Assembly (NCBI GenBank): GCA_965223295.1
Contig: CBDCWC010000002.1
Location: 416,001 to 480,000 of the forward strand
Direction of reading: 5' to 3'
Length of the DNA stretch: 64,000 bases
From: Nitrospirales bacterium
Lineage (GTDB): Bacteria > Nitrospirota > Nitrospiria > Nitrospirales > UBA8639
Below the pieces are notes generated by a model, which made no database searches, was not told the DNA's origin, and saw only the letters and a program-made list of their open reading frames with translations. Each line of letters begins with the position of its first letter. The first letter of the stretch is position 1. Position numbers and translations under genes: made by a program. Below are positions 10,665 to 21,619 of the stretch, in pieces.

Positions 10665-12191
10665 TTAGGATGGCGTTAAGGCTTTAAAGCGGAGTAATTC
10701 TAAAAGGCGAAATCCCGAATAGCGTCCCAGCAGCAAGGTGCCAGCCAAGAGAACCAGCAAAAGTTCAGGGAAGACAAATAACAAATGCTCGATGTAGGGG
10801 ATGGTCATTGTCAGATAGGTCAGCACGGCGACGAGAAGACTGCCGATGCCTTGTTGCAGTGATTCACTGGCTCCTCGTTCTTCCCAGACAATGCACATTC
10901 GCTCTATGGTCATGGTAATAATGACCATAGGAAATAAGGCGACCGATAGTCCTCGATCAAATCCCAATTGATAACTAAGAATGCTTAAGAACGCCATGAG
11001 GATGACAACTACAATCAAAACGGATGCCAATCGCGGAACCAAGAGGAGTTTGAGTTGCTCCAAATAGAAACGAACGCCTAGCCCAAGGCTCACGATGAGG
11101 CTGAATAAGATGATGCCCCAAAGCAGTTGAGTTTCACGAAAGGCTAAGCCCATAAGGATAGGCATAAACGTTCCAAATGTTTTAATTCCGACAACGTTCC
11201 GTAGTACGAGTAGTAGGAGCGCCCCAAGAGGCACCATAAGTAACACTCGATAGAGGGCTTGGGTCTGAAGAGGGAGGTTAAACAAGGAAAAGTCTAACAG
11301 CTTTGGCATGGCTAATTTGGTGGAAAGTAAGGCTGCTTGGATGGCTTCTTCGTAATTTGGCGACACAGAGACAGTGTATTCAAGCTTTTTGCCGCCGCTC
11401 GCCTCCAGGAATGGATTGGTGCCATGCCACCATTCCACATAGTCTTTGGGAATTTCTGGCGTCCCAGTAATAGGGTCAAAGGAGCGCCACTTTTTTTTAT
11501 CGTATACTTGGAACCAGGATACCCACAGGACGGTGCGTGGTTCGTCAGGGATTCGAATGCCGTGGATCACGCGTGCTGGAAGCCCGGAAGCTTTGAGCAC
11601 TTCCACGACCGTGTTCAATTTGTTTTCCAGCGTGGGGTTTTGACCGATCAATGCGGATATGGTTTCATCAGGCCTTGGCTTATGAATGCGTTTAACTAAT
11701 CCTTGGACAAACGTCTCCGTGTCGGCAGATTTTGAAAGAAGTTCCTTCGCGAGGGCTTGCGCGGCTTTGAGTAGGGGATTTTCAAGTGTGGGTTTGGTCA
11801 ATGGAGAGGTTTTGGGTTCACCAGGCTCATAACCAGAAGCCATGCGACGAATCACGGCACGATAATAGAGTGACTGTTTTCCACTCGATTTGCGAATAGA
11901 CCAAATGGCTCTGCGATTTCCTTCTTCCGGAGTTGTGGTAATTAAGCCATATCCTTGAGAGATAAAATTTTCATCTAAGATGACATATTCGGGTGTATTG
12001 CGTGGAATGTAAATTCCTAATTTAATGGGTTTATCCTGCGCCGTAAAACTTGCATGCACTTCGAGATTCCACAGGAGCGACGAAGTATCGGGAACCAGTG
12101 GAAACTGTAATACGAGAGTTTTGTATGCGAAGAGTCCGAGTCCACTCAGAACTAAAATAAAGGCAAGGATGTAGAGATGGCGCCTATTCAA
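10665..12191 (-). CDS. Inactive transglutaminase domain fused to 7 transmembrane helices
   Basis: Transglutaminase-like GLPARVIHG...FDP segment without the catalytic Cys/His; C-terminal membrane region with GIKTFGTFMP, LVPRLA, FPMVI. Confidence 0.88.
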   Translation of the reverse strand: MNRRHLYILAFILVLSGLGLFAYKTLVLQFPLVPDTSSLLWNLEVHASFTAQDKPIKLGIYIPRNTPEYVILDENFISQGYGLITTTPEEGNRRAIWSIRKSSGKQSLYYRAVIRRMASGYEPGEPKTSPLTKPTLENPLLKAAQALAKELLSKSADTETFVQGLVKRIHKPRPDETISALIGQNPTLENKLNTVVEVLKASGLPARVIHGIRIPDEPRTVLWVSWFQVYDKKKWRSFDPITGTPEIPKDYVEWWHGTNPFLEASGGKKLEYTVSVSPNYEEAIQAALLSTKLAMPKLLDFSLFNLPLQTQALYRVLLMVPLGALLLLVLRNVVGIKTFGTFMPILMGLAFRETQLLWGIILFSLIVSLGLGVRFYLEQLKLLLVPRLASVLIVVVILMAFLSILSYQLGFDRGLSVALFPMVIITMTIERMCIVWEERGASESLQQGIGSLLVAVLTYLTMTIPYIEHLLFVFPELLLVLLAGTLLLGRYSGFRLLELLRFKALTPS

Positions 12192-12197
12192 GAGAGT

Positions 12198-12773
12198 TTA
12201 CTGAAGAGGACAGGAAGGTGATTGAGTAAAAGTCATGGACGCATCGACAATGGCCGTTCCACTGAGAAAGCTGCGGCCGATGAGCATAGGGTATTTAAAT
12301 CTGCTACGGTCAGTGAGGTTGACGGGCACTTCTTGTTTATACGTCGCGCCCACACAGAGATCGAATAAGACGACGGCCCGTTTTTGTGGAGGGACACCAC
12401 CCCTTCGCTTTATGCGGGCGATGCGCAGGACGGGACGTTCAATCCTGATCGCTTCATTTTTTTTAAGTGGAATGGAGAACCGAATCCATTTTTCTTTGCC
12501 TTTTCTAAATTCTTTTTGATTGATCACGTTTAATGACGAATGATCGGCGCCAGTATCAATCTTTGCTGAAAGGGAAAGGTTTTCAGGAAGAATTTGTACT
12601 GTTTCAAGCCATCCGATGATCTGTTTTTCCGCCGGATATGCAGAGGTTGGGTTTGCAACCTGGACACTCCAGAGTAGGGCCAGTACGAAAAAAGTGGTTG
12701 AGATTGATGCTTGGTTGGATTGCTTGCCCAGTATGTTCCAAAAAAGTGCAGAGTTAAGCCATACCATAGTCAC
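12198..12773 (-). CDS. RimB-like retropepsin-fold protease ('ATP-dependent zinc protease' family), probably exported
   Basis: IGWLE, AKIDTGA, LTDRS..YPMLIGR; hydrophobic N-terminal signal. True start may be downstream. Confidence 0.85.
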   Translation of the reverse strand: MTMVWLNSALFWNILGKQSNQASISTTFFVLALLWSVQVANPTSAYPAEKQIIGWLETVQILPENLSLSAKIDTGADHSSLNVINQKEFRKGKEKWIRFSIPLKKNEAIRIERPVLRIARIKRRGGVPPQKRAVVLFDLCVGATYKQEVPVNLTDRSRFKYPMLIGRSFLSGTAIVDASMTFTQSPSCPLQ

Positions 12774-13209
12774 ATGTTTCTTTCTTTAGTTGATTGTGGA
12801 ACCTTGCGCATCGGTAAGATACAAAGGGTGATCTTTTCCATATCAAATAATAGCAGTTTTGTTCAACCATCCTCATAAAAATCTTTGGCTTTTAGGCAAT
12901 GGCCTTCATATTAGAGTGGCAGATAACATGTACTCACCTCAGAGATTTCTTTCTAACCCCTCATGTATTGGCATAGTGGAAAGGATTCTGGATATTCTAT
13001 ATGTGTTCGTACTTCTTTGAGTGGCAAGGTTGAACCGATGCAACTACATACAAGGTTGATAAGAGTAGAGGATCATACCAATTTTTTGACTCAAGAGGTA
13101 CAAGATTCTCATCATGAGGTCAGGTTTTCTTCTCATCTGCTAGTACTAAGGTTAGAATCTTAACAGGCTGGGCTTATTTCAGCATAAGAATAAGAAAATT
13201 CAAAAGTTT

Positions 13210-14013
13210 ATGGAAGCCAACGAAGCCTCGCACCGCTCTCTTATGGATATTCGTCATGCGTCGGTCTATCGAGGCGTTGAGTTGGTTCTTCACAATATCT
13301 CTTTAGAGATTAGCCAAGGAGGCTCGACCGTCATTCTAGGTCCGAACGGCTCTGGGAAATCAACCTTGATGAAGCTTTTTTCACGGGAGTTGTATCCGGT
13401 TCTTCCGGAAAGTGGCTCTTTTCGCCTGTTTGGTCATGAGAATTGGAATGTGTGGGATCTTCGATGTCAGCTTGGTGTCGTCTCTGCGGATTTGCACTAT
13501 GACTATTGGGGCATGACTCCTGGGCGAGATGTCGTGCTGTCTGGGTTTTTCTCCAGTGTGGATTTGTATGATCAGCAGGCGGTGAGTCATTTTCAGCGGG
13601 CACAGAGTTATGTCATGATGGAACGATTGGGGGTGGATTTGCTTGCCGATCAACCATTTGCTCAGATGTCTACTGGTGAGCAACGCCGTATGCTGCTCGC
13701 ACGTGCGTTGGTACATGACCCTTCAACGCTTCTTTTAGATGAACCAACGACAGGGTTGGATGTGTCGGCCTGTTTTCAGTATTTAGACGTTCTTCGAGGG
13801 TTTATCCGTGAGGGAAAAACGGTAATTTTGGTGACACATCATATTCATGAGATCCCCCCGGAAATTGAACGAGTGGTTCTATTACAAGATGGTCGCATCC
13901 GAGATGATGGACCCAAATGCGATGTTTTAAATGAACAGAGTCTTTCCGCCCTGTTTGGAGTGCCGCTTGAATTGCTTCATCGTCATGGCTGGTTTCAAGC
14001 CGTTCCGGCCTAG
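13210..14013 (+). CDS. ABC ATP-binding protein (ModF-like)
   Basis: Walker A GPNGSGKS, signature MSTGE, Walker B LLLDEP, H-loop VTHH. Confidence 0.85.
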   Translation: MEANEASHRSLMDIRHASVYRGVELVLHNISLEISQGGSTVILGPNGSGKSTLMKLFSRELYPVLPESGSFRLFGHENWNVWDLRCQLGVVSADLHYDYWGMTPGRDVVLSGFFSSVDLYDQQAVSHFQRAQSYVMMERLGVDLLADQPFAQMSTGEQRRMLLARALVHDPSTLLLDEPTTGLDVSACFQYLDVLRGFIREGKTVILVTHHIHEIPPEIERVVLLQDGRIRDDGPKCDVLNEQSLSALFGVPLELLHRHGWFQAVPA

Positions 14014-14057
14014 CCTGTCCTAGAAGAAGACGCTACACGCTTTAAACAAATATCATC

Positions 14058-15170
14058 ATGCTTGACGGGTTCCTATTATTTTGTGTGTTCGATGTGTGGC
14101 GTGTGCTTTTACCATTAGGGTTGTCTGTTCTTTGTTTCGGAACATTCTTGTTTCAATCCATGGTGCGAGACTCGCAGAAGACTGGGCTTCATCAGTTTCT
14201 TTGTCTCTTAAACTATGGCGTGGTAGCGGTTTTAGTTGTGATATCGACGGTAGTGGGGATTCTTGTTCCCTGGCTACTGGGCTATGCCCTTCCTGAAAGA
14301 CATCTTGCTGATGGTCCATGGAGTTATGAAGAGATGTGCGGCTATCTATTAGGTCTTGGTGTCCTATGGTTACTTCGGCATCAAGTTCGTCAACGGCAGC
14401 TTCCGAGTGGTCTGCTCATGGCATGTGTTATGAGTCTCTTCATGGTGGTCAGTTTTCTGTGGATTGGCCGATGGGATGAAATGGCACATGGAGGTCAAGT
14501 ATCGGGTGAATGGTGGCTAGGAAGGTTGCCAGTGTGGGAGTGGTCTCGGCTTATTCCTAAGAGTTTTCATCTCTTTTTTTCAGCGATGGTGACTGGAGGA
14601 ATGCTTGTCACAGCAATGGGCCTACTTGGCACACTAACCTCAGGGTCCAACCAGCGAGGGAATGCATTGAATTTCATGAGCCGTTCGTCTGACCTGATTC
14701 GCTATGGGGTGGGGTGGATACTATCTGGGCTGGTCCCGCAAATGTTAATTGGGCCGTGGTTATTTCTTCTCTTACAGGATCACCCTCAAGTGGTGTTGAT
14801 TGAAGGAGTAACCTTGACGTCTCTCATCTTTTTTGTGAGTCTGACAGCAGCCTTATTGGCTTTGGTCTTCTTAAATGCCTCGTTCATGGCGCCATATATG
14901 AAGGGATTGGTTTGGGCTGGATTAGGCAATGTGGCCATCACACTCATTTTGATGGGGATCATTCGTTATGAAATATTTTCCGCCACGTTGTTTGCTCATA
15001 ACATTCCCTCTGCTACGGGCGTGTTGTTGGGATGGCATGTCCTGTCGGTGTTTGTGTTCGTCTTGTTATTAGGTGTTATCGTGTATCGTTGGTGTGTATG
15101 GCCTGCCAACTTGATTTTTGCTGTGAATTGGCCGACAGCACGACTAGACAACAACGGAAGAGGCCACTAA
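14058..15170 (+). CDS. Polytopic membrane protein of unknown function
   Basis: About 9 hydrophobic segments; ends 3 nt before metF. Confidence 0.65.
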   Translation: MLDGFLLFCVFDVWRVLLPLGLSVLCFGTFLFQSMVRDSQKTGLHQFLCLLNYGVVAVLVVISTVVGILVPWLLGYALPERHLADGPWSYEEMCGYLLGLGVLWLLRHQVRQRQLPSGLLMACVMSLFMVVSFLWIGRWDEMAHGGQVSGEWWLGRLPVWEWSRLIPKSFHLFFSAMVTGGMLVTAMGLLGTLTSGSNQRGNALNFMSRSSDLIRYGVGWILSGLVPQMLIGPWLFLLLQDHPQVVLIEGVTLTSLIFFVSLTAALLALVFLNASFMAPYMKGLVWAGLGNVAITLILMGIIRYEIFSATLFAHNIPSATGVLLGWHVLSVFVFVLLLGVIVYRWCVWPANLIFAVNWPTARLDNNGRGH

Positions 15171-15173
15171 GGT

Positions 15174-16079
15174 ATGGATATGCATATATCGGAAGTGTTG
15201 CGGCAGCATCACCCTGCTATCAGTTTCGAATTTTTTCCTCCGAAGACCCAACGAGCGTCGGATGAGCTTTTTACGTCTATTTCGGCGTTAATGCCGTTAA
15301 AACCGGCCTATGTCAGCGTGACCTATGGGGCAGGAGGGACCACTCGCGAACGGACTCATGACCTTGTGGTCAAGTTGCAACGAGAGACCGACTTAACCAT
15401 TGTGTCTCATTTAACCTGTGTGGGGTCGGTGCAGGAAGAAATTCATCAAATATTAGCCAAGTATCAAACCAATGGCATTCATAATATTATGGCGTTACGT
15501 GGAGATCCACCTCAAGGTTCGACCCAGGTTGAGATCCCCAAAGATGGGTTTCCATTTGCTTCTGATTTAGTGGCCTTTATTAAGCAGAAGTTTCCGACAA
15601 TGGGCGTTGGGGTCGCGGGGTTTCCGGAAGGCCATCCTGGTACCCCCAATCGTTTGATGGAAATGGATCACCTCAAGCGTAAGGTTGATGCGGGAGCTGA
15701 TTATATTTGCACGCAATTGTTTTTTGACAATCGGGATTTTTATGATTTTTGTGAGCGCTGCGAAGTTGTGGGGATCAAGGTTCCAATCATAGCGGGGATT
15801 ATGCCAATTGGCTCTCGAAAAGGCATGGCGCGTATGTCGGAATTAGCCTTGGGGGCTCGATTCCCGGCTAAACTTTTACGAGCTATGGATCGGGCAGAAA
15901 ACGATGGGGCTGCGGAACATGTTGGGATTCATTGGGCGACCGAACAGGTGAGAGATTTGATTGATAACAAGGTCCAAGGCATCCATTTTTATACGTTGAA
16001 TAAATCCAAAGCTACCCTCAAAATTTATGAGTCGCTTGGTGTCCAAAGTTCGGAAGGACTGCAGCAAGCTGGTGGTTGA
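15174..16079 (+). CDS. metF: 5,10-methylenetetrahydrofolate reductase
   Basis: SFEFFPPK, VTYGAGG, ALRGD, TQLFFD, HFYTLN. Confidence 0.95.
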   Translation: MDMHISEVLRQHHPAISFEFFPPKTQRASDELFTSISALMPLKPAYVSVTYGAGGTTRERTHDLVVKLQRETDLTIVSHLTCVGSVQEEIHQILAKYQTNGIHNIMALRGDPPQGSTQVEIPKDGFPFASDLVAFIKQKFPTMGVGVAGFPEGHPGTPNRLMEMDHLKRKVDAGADYICTQLFFDNRDFYDFCERCEVVGIKVPIIAGIMPIGSRKGMARMSELALGARFPAKLLRAMDRAENDGAAEHVGIHWATEQVRDLIDNKVQGIHFYTLNKSKATLKIYESLGVQSSEGLQQAGG

Positions 16080-16274
16080 TTGTCCATGATTCATCCAGTC
16101 TTTCTTCCTGTCCCATTCCCATTTAGCGTTTGAAACCATTCAATTTTTAGAGCCGAACCTATGAAATTGTGGTTCTATATCTTGTGGCATTCATAGACCT
16201 GACAAGAAGGAATGATTGTTGTTTTCTTCCACAATAGTTCTTGGGTATGATACGGATTCGTAAGGAGGATTTAG

Positions 16275-16931
16275 ATGAGTCATAATACTGGATTTCAAGG
16301 CACTTTAAATTTAGAAGGCCGTTCATGTTTAGTCATAGGTGGGGATGAAGAGGCGGTTGAGAAAGTGACACGTCTTTTAGAGGCCGGGGCGAAAGTCACG
16401 ATCGTACATCCTACTCTGCATGCAGAATTGCGAAAGCTCACGGCTTCTGGAAAGATTATCCACCGTGGACGAAGTTTTCGTTCCACCGATGCTCAAGATG
16501 TGGTGTTGATCCTCAATGTGCTGAAAGACGACGTGGCTTTGGCGAAATCACTCTATGAATTAGCCAAAACCGAAAAGTTTTTAGTCTGGTCAATGGACCA
16601 ATCAGAGTATTCCACTCTTTTGATGCCTGCTTTGGTGAAGAGAGGTCCTTTGCGTATGGCCATTAGTACCAGTGGAACGGCCCCGGCTTTAGCCCGGACG
16701 CTTAGAGAAAGCTTGGAATCGGTGTTTGATGAAGAGTTTGACCAATTTCTCGATTGGCTCGGGGCCTTGAGAGAAGAGTTACAGAAAACTGAGTCTAGCG
16801 ATAAGCGGCGAAGGGAACGTTTGTTGGAAGCTGTCAATGGCTTCGCCTTGGATGCCACCTTACAGTATCCTAAGTCATGGAAGTTGTCTGAGGAGCCAGA
16901 ATTGAAGCCGGTGGGAAAGGAAGGTGTCTGA
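16275..16931 (+). CDS. Precorrin-2 dehydrogenase / sirohydrochlorin ferrochelatase family protein (SirC/Met8-like)
   Basis: LEGRSCLVIGG..A..K...LLEAGA; PALVKRGPL.AISTSG.APALA. Confidence 0.8.
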   Translation: MSHNTGFQGTLNLEGRSCLVIGGDEEAVEKVTRLLEAGAKVTIVHPTLHAELRKLTASGKIIHRGRSFRSTDAQDVVLILNVLKDDVALAKSLYELAKTEKFLVWSMDQSEYSTLLMPALVKRGPLRMAISTSGTAPALARTLRESLESVFDEEFDQFLDWLGALREELQKTESSDKRRRERLLEAVNGFALDATLQYPKSWKLSEEPELKPVGKEGV

Positions 16932-17245
16932 TGGTTTTGTTGGAATTTAGCATGTCCCCGCTCGGCAAGGGTGAGAGTGTCGGGAAGTATGTTTCACGTT
17001 CACTGGACATTATTGATAACAGTGGAGTTGATTATCGTTTAAATCCTATGGGCACGGTGTTAGAAGGGGAATGGGAAGACGTGATTGGTGTGGTGACGCA
17101 ATGCTACGAACGAATGAAGAAAGATTGCCCTCGCATTTCTTGTGTTATGAAGGTTGATTATCGAGAGGGGCACAAAGGGCGTTTGACTGGAAAAATAGCG
17201 ACTGTAGAAAAACACTTACAACGAAAATTGAAAACCTCCTCATAA
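16931..17245 (+). CDS. MTH1187 family thiamine-binding protein
   Basis: SVGKYV, YRLNPMGTVLEGEW, KVDYR. Confidence 0.85.
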   Translation: MVLLEFSMSPLGKGESVGKYVSRSLDIIDNSGVDYRLNPMGTVLEGEWEDVIGVVTQCYERMKKDCPRISCVMKVDYREGHKGRLTGKIATVEKHLQRKLKTSS

Positions 17246-17280
17246 CTGGTTCAAGCTCTGTAGAGAATATTTCCCCAAAG

Positions 17281-18453
17281 CTAGTCCGCTTGCATATAGG
17301 TTCGATTGGCTTTCCCTCCGATCCCACAGAGGATTTCATACGGAATTGTATTGAGCCAACCGGCATAGTCTTGTGCGGTAATTTCTTGTTCTCCTTGTTT
17401 CCCTAAGAGCACCACTTCTTCCCCCATCGTGGGGTTGGGAATATCTGTCACATCCACCATCATCATATCCATGCAAATTTTGCCAATGATTGGTGCCGCA
17501 ACTCCCTGAATCAGAACATGGCCAATCCCGGTGAGATGACGGGGAAAACCATGTGTATATCCGACGGGCAACACGGCGATATGTGACAATCTTCTTGTGC
17601 GAAAGAGAGCGTTATAGCCGACGACTTCGCCTGGTTCCAAAGAACGAAGGTGGGCAATATATGTGGTAGCTCGCATTACTGGCTGAAGTTCAATAGGCGG
17701 AGGCGCATTCGTGGGGCCAGGGGCGTAGCCGTACAGCATAATTCCAGGTCTAACCATTCCAAAGTGGGACGCTGGATGAAAAAGAATGCCCGCGCTATTG
17801 GCCATATGATGAATGGGAATGCGGCTTCTCTTTTTGGAGGCTTCTTCAAGAAAGGCCTGAAATTGATAGATTTGTTGATTCGTCAGGTTTGGGTCAGGGT
17901 TGTCGGCATCAGCAAAATGCGTTAACAGGCCTTGGATGCTCACTGGAGAAGAGGCTGTTGCTTCTAGAACGCGTATTAATGAGAGTGCTTCTTTGCTATC
18001 GAGTCCTAATCGATGTAAGCCCGTATCAATTTTGAGGTGTATGGGAAATGCTGATGTGTTGGAGGGAAGCTGTGAAAGTAGTTGCTCATAAATATCTGGA
18101 TGGGAGATGACCGGAGTTAAGTCGTAGGTAATCACATCTTTAAGATGATCTTGTAAGAGTGGGCCCATGATAAGAATAGGGGAATGTATGTCATGATTTC
18201 GTAGGAGAATACCTTCAGCGACTGAGGCGACGCCGAATCCAAAAATATCTAAAGGCGCTAAGGTCTGAGCGACGTGGACTGCCCCGTGACCATAGGCGTC
18301 AGCTTTGATGATGGGAAGAATCTTTGTTGTAGGGTGGATAAATTGCCGTATACGTTGGAAATTCGCTTTGAGGTTTCCAAGACAAATACGAACTGTGAGG
18401 GGCATACGAGGCACTGTATTAGGTGGGGATGGGAAAGAAGTTGTGTCAGTCAC
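17281..18453 (-). CDS. alr: Alanine racemase
   Basis: IIKADAYGHG (PLP lysine), KIDTGLHRLG, VRPGIMLYG, VGY, TIPYE. Confidence 0.93.
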   Translation of the reverse strand: MTDTTSFPSPPNTVPRMPLTVRICLGNLKANFQRIRQFIHPTTKILPIIKADAYGHGAVHVAQTLAPLDIFGFGVASVAEGILLRNHDIHSPILIMGPLLQDHLKDVITYDLTPVISHPDIYEQLLSQLPSNTSAFPIHLKIDTGLHRLGLDSKEALSLIRVLEATASSPVSIQGLLTHFADADNPDPNLTNQQIYQFQAFLEEASKKRSRIPIHHMANSAGILFHPASHFGMVRPGIMLYGYAPGPTNAPPPIELQPVMRATTYIAHLRSLEPGEVVGYNALFRTRRLSHIAVLPVGYTHGFPRHLTGIGHVLIQGVAAPIIGKICMDMMMVDVTDIPNPTMGEEVVLLGKQGEQEITAQDYAGWLNTIPYEILCGIGGKANRTYMQAD

Positions 18454-18462
18454 AAGGACGCC

Positions 18463-19020
18463 TCAGACCGTAAGTATTTCCTCCTCTTTTTTCTTAATCA
18501 GGTCATCGATGATGTGAATAAACTTATCCGTTAATTTTTGGTTTTCGTTTTCCAAATGCCGGAGCTCATCTTCGGTGATATCACTTTCCTTTTGCCGTCG
18601 CTTCAATTCATCATTGCCGTCTCGACGAAAGCCTCGAATTTGGATCTTGGTTTCTTCGCCGTACTTTTTGCTGAGTTTCACTAGATCTTTTCGCCGTTCT
18701 TCGCTAAGTGGTGGAATGGGAAGCCGAATAAGTTTTCCGTCATTTGAAGGGGTGAGACCCAGGTCTGAGCTGACGATAGCGCGCTCAATTTCTTTAATGT
18801 GCGAAGCATCCCAGGGTTGAATGGTAATGAGCCGACTTTCAGGAATGCCTAAGTTCGCCACTTGTTTGAGGGGAGTCGGTGTTCCGTAATAATCAATTTT
18901 GATATGGTCCAGGAGACCTAATGAAGCCCGACCAGTTCGAAGAGCGGTGAATTCACGCTTAATATGTTCAATAGCCCCTTCCATGAGTTGCTTGACTTTT
19001 GAGATGGTTGGATCGCTCAT
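18463..19020 (-). CDS. frr: Ribosome recycling factor
   Basis: LRTGRA, YYGTPTPL, PPLSEERRK. Confidence 0.96.
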   Translation of the reverse strand: MSDPTISKVKQLMEGAIEHIKREFTALRTGRASLGLLDHIKIDYYGTPTPLKQVANLGIPESRLITIQPWDASHIKEIERAIVSSDLGLTPSNDGKLIRLPIPPLSEERRKDLVKLSKKYGEETKIQIRGFRRDGNDELKRRQKESDITEDELRHLENENQKLTDKFIHIIDDLIKKKEEEILTV

Positions 19021-19031
19021 GATCGTTCTTT

Positions 19032-19763
19032 CTATTCGTTAGTGCTCGTATTTCTTGAAACGATAGTACCTATAGGCTCGCCTTCAAGAATTTTCCTGAT
19101 ATTCCCAGATGAAGTAAGATCAAACACGATAATAGGGAGATCGTTATCCATGCAAAGGGTGATCGCAGTAGCATCCATGACTTTTAAACTTTTATTCAGT
19201 ACGGATAAGAACGGCAATTCCGTAAATCGTTTAGCGGATGGGGTCGTCATTGGATCGGCATCGTAGATTCCATCAACCTTCGTGCCTTTCAGAATGACAT
19301 TCGCACCAATTTCCATGGCCCGGAGAGCCGCAGCGGTATCGGTTGTAAAATACGGATTCCCAGTCCCAGCGGCAAAAATCACAACTCGTTTTTTTTCAAG
19401 ATGGCGTATGGCACGTCGACGAATATAGCCCTCTGCTAACTGGCGCATTTCTATTGCAGAGAGCACACGTGTGGGGATGTCTCGCTTTTCGAGCGCATTT
19501 TGAAGGGCCAGGGCGTTTAACATTGTCGCCAGCATACCCATATAGTCTGCCGAAGCACGTTCCATGCCTGAGGCACTGGCCGCGAGTCCCCGGAAGATGT
19601 TTCCTCCCCCAATAACAATGGCTATTTCACTGTCCATTGTTAGGACATCGGCAATTTCATTGGCTAGATCTTGTAGAACGGAAGGTTGGATGCCGTACCC
19701 TTGCTCGCCGGCTAACATTTCTCCACTTATTTTTAAGAGAACACGGCGGTATTTGGGGGGCAT
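19032..19763 (-). CDS. pyrH: Uridylate kinase
   Basis: [32 protein letters not shown]. Confidence 0.97.
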   Translation of the reverse strand: MPPKYRRVLLKISGEMLAGEQGYGIQPSVLQDLANEIADVLTMDSEIAIVIGGGNIFRGLAASASGMERASADYMGMLATMLNALALQNALEKRDIPTRVLSAIEMRQLAEGYIRRRAIRHLEKKRVVIFAAGTGNPYFTTDTAAALRAMEIGANVILKGTKVDGIYDADPMTTPSAKRFTELPFLSVLNKSLKVMDATAITLCMDNDLPIIVFDLTSSGNIRKILEGEPIGTIVSRNTSTNE

Positions 19764-20365
19764 TAGTCTTGGCCAAGTTGATAACGCGTGAATCGAGCAA
19801 TCGAGATATTTTCGCCTAATTTTGCAATTTTTTGCGCGACTAAGTCTGAAATCTTCACTTTCGGGTCCTTAATGAACGCTTGTTCTAAAAGGCATTGCTC
19901 TTGATAGTATTTTTCCAACTTCCCGTTCACAATCTTCTCCCAGGCAGCTTCAGGTTTTCCGGATTCCTTGACTTGAGCCAGGTATATATTCTTTTCCCGC
20001 TCAATCATGGCTTCTGGGATATCTTCCCGTTTCACAAACAAAGGTTGTGCAGCTGCGATTTGCATGGACAATTCCTTGACAAAGGCTTGAAATTCTTCAT
20101 TCCGCGCCACGAAGTCTGTTTCACAGTTCACTTCTATCAGAACGCCGATTTTGGACCCGGCATGGATATACGATGAGATGAGGCCTTCCTTCGTTTCACG
20201 TCCAGCCTTCTTTTGCGCAGCGGCTAATCCTTTTTGACGTAATAAATCAATCGCTTTTTCAATGTCGCTTCCAGTGTCTTGTAAAGCTTTTTGGCAATCA
20301 AGAATTCCTGCCCCGGTTTTACCTCGCAACTCTTTCACCAAGGCGCTCAAGCTAGACATACGCAT
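19763..20365 (-). CDS. tsf: Elongation factor Ts (short form)
   Basis: [25 protein letters not shown]. Confidence 0.96.
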   Translation of the reverse strand: MRMSSLSALVKELRGKTGAGILDCQKALQDTGSDIEKAIDLLRQKGLAAAQKKAGRETKEGLISSYIHAGSKIGVLIEVNCETDFVARNEEFQAFVKELSMQIAAAQPLFVKREDIPEAMIEREKNIYLAQVKESGKPEAAWEKIVNGKLEKYYQEQCLLEQAFIKDPKVKISDLVAQKIAKLGENISIARFTRYQLGQD

Positions 20366-20424
20366 TCTCTCCTACTTAAGAAATGTAAATGAATGTATAA
20401 CTTAATGATATGAATGGACAGCCT

Positions 20425-21207
20425 TTAGGCGGGCTGTGCATTCTCTGAAGCCATCACTTCTGAAGGCCCAGACTCTGATGGTTCGGGAAGAAACCCGTCT
20501 CCATTAGCGGCTGACTCTTGTCGTTTTCTCCGCAATTCAACCCCCTCCAGGCATGCATCCGCAATTTGCGCGGTAAATAGCTTGAGAGATCGAATGGCGT
20601 CATCGTTGCCCGGAATTGGATAGTCGACTCCTTCTGGGTCGCAATTAGTATCAACCAGCGCGATTACGGGAATGCCTAAGCGATTGGCCTCCTTGACTGT
20701 GATATGCTGAATCCGGGTGTCCAAAATGTAAATGCAGCCTGGAATGTCTTTCATGCCCTTAATTCCGCTCAAGTATTTTTCTAACTTCGCCTGCTCTTTT
20801 TTCATTTTGACGATTTCTTTTTTCTTTAGCCGGTCATACGTCCCGTCTGTTTCGGCGGCTTCTAATTTTTTAAGTTGCGTAATACTCTTGCGAAGCGTTT
20901 GAAAATTGGTCAGCATCCCACCGAGCCATCGTTGATTGACAAAAAACATTCCTGAGCGATTGGCTTCTTCTTCCACAATGCTCATGGCTTGCCGTTTGGT
21001 GCCGACGAATAGGACTGATTCACCGGCTGCGACCGTATCACGTGTAAATTCGTAGGCTTTTTGGAAGCATTGCAATGTGATTTGTAGGTCAATGATATAG
21101 ATTCCGTTTTTCTCGCCAAAAATATAGCGTTTCATTTTAGGGTTCCAGCGATTCGTTTGATGCCCAAAGTGGACCCCAGCTTCCAATAACGATTTAATCG
21201 TGACCAT
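20425..21207 (-). CDS. rpsB: 30S ribosomal protein S2
   Basis: [31 protein letters not shown] at 21207 is preceded by GGGAAGG. Confidence 0.97.
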   Translation of the reverse strand: MVTIKSLLEAGVHFGHQTNRWNPKMKRYIFGEKNGIYIIDLQITLQCFQKAYEFTRDTVAAGESVLFVGTKRQAMSIVEEEANRSGMFFVNQRWLGGMLTNFQTLRKSITQLKKLEAAETDGTYDRLKKKEIVKMKKEQAKLEKYLSGIKGMKDIPGCIYILDTRIQHITVKEANRLGIPVIALVDTNCDPEGVDYPIPGNDDAIRSLKLFTAQIADACLEGVELRRKRQESAANGDGFLPEPSESGPSEVMASENAQPA

Positions 21208-21546
21208 AGCGGACCTTCCCACCCCCTTTCAGAGAAAAATGGATTAGCAGCAAGTTGTTCTATCTATTGAAACTGTCAAAGAATTCTGGTGATTCAAATG
21301 GGACCGGCAGGAGACAACGAAGAAAGACTGTCGAGTCAGGCAGGTTATTCCAAGTGAAGAGAGATCCATGAAAAATACGCAAATTTAACAAGATGCTCCT
21401 AAACCAATCAACTGTAGCATAGGTGAAAAAACCAATTCAAGCAATGCTCTTCGGTTTCCGGCGGTTCGTATGGGTTCTCGCAGTCCTTGGTCATTCCACG
21501 AGATACCTTTCACGGGCGTATGCGTTCTAACGTTTTAGATAACATT

Positions 21547-21575
21547 TTGACTCTATGAGACCTCATGGCTATAGT
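21547..21575 (+). promoter_or_regulatory. Sigma70-type promoter for the ProA-like gene
   Basis: TTGACT-N17-TATAGT. Confidence 0.6.
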
Positions 21576-21619
21576 CAATGCGCCGTTTTCCATTTTTTTT
21601 GATGCAAGGAGTGAATGTA

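Noticed and set aside
19763-20365. Truncated EF-Ts
   Set aside because: Short ~200-aa EF-Ts is a known natural form.
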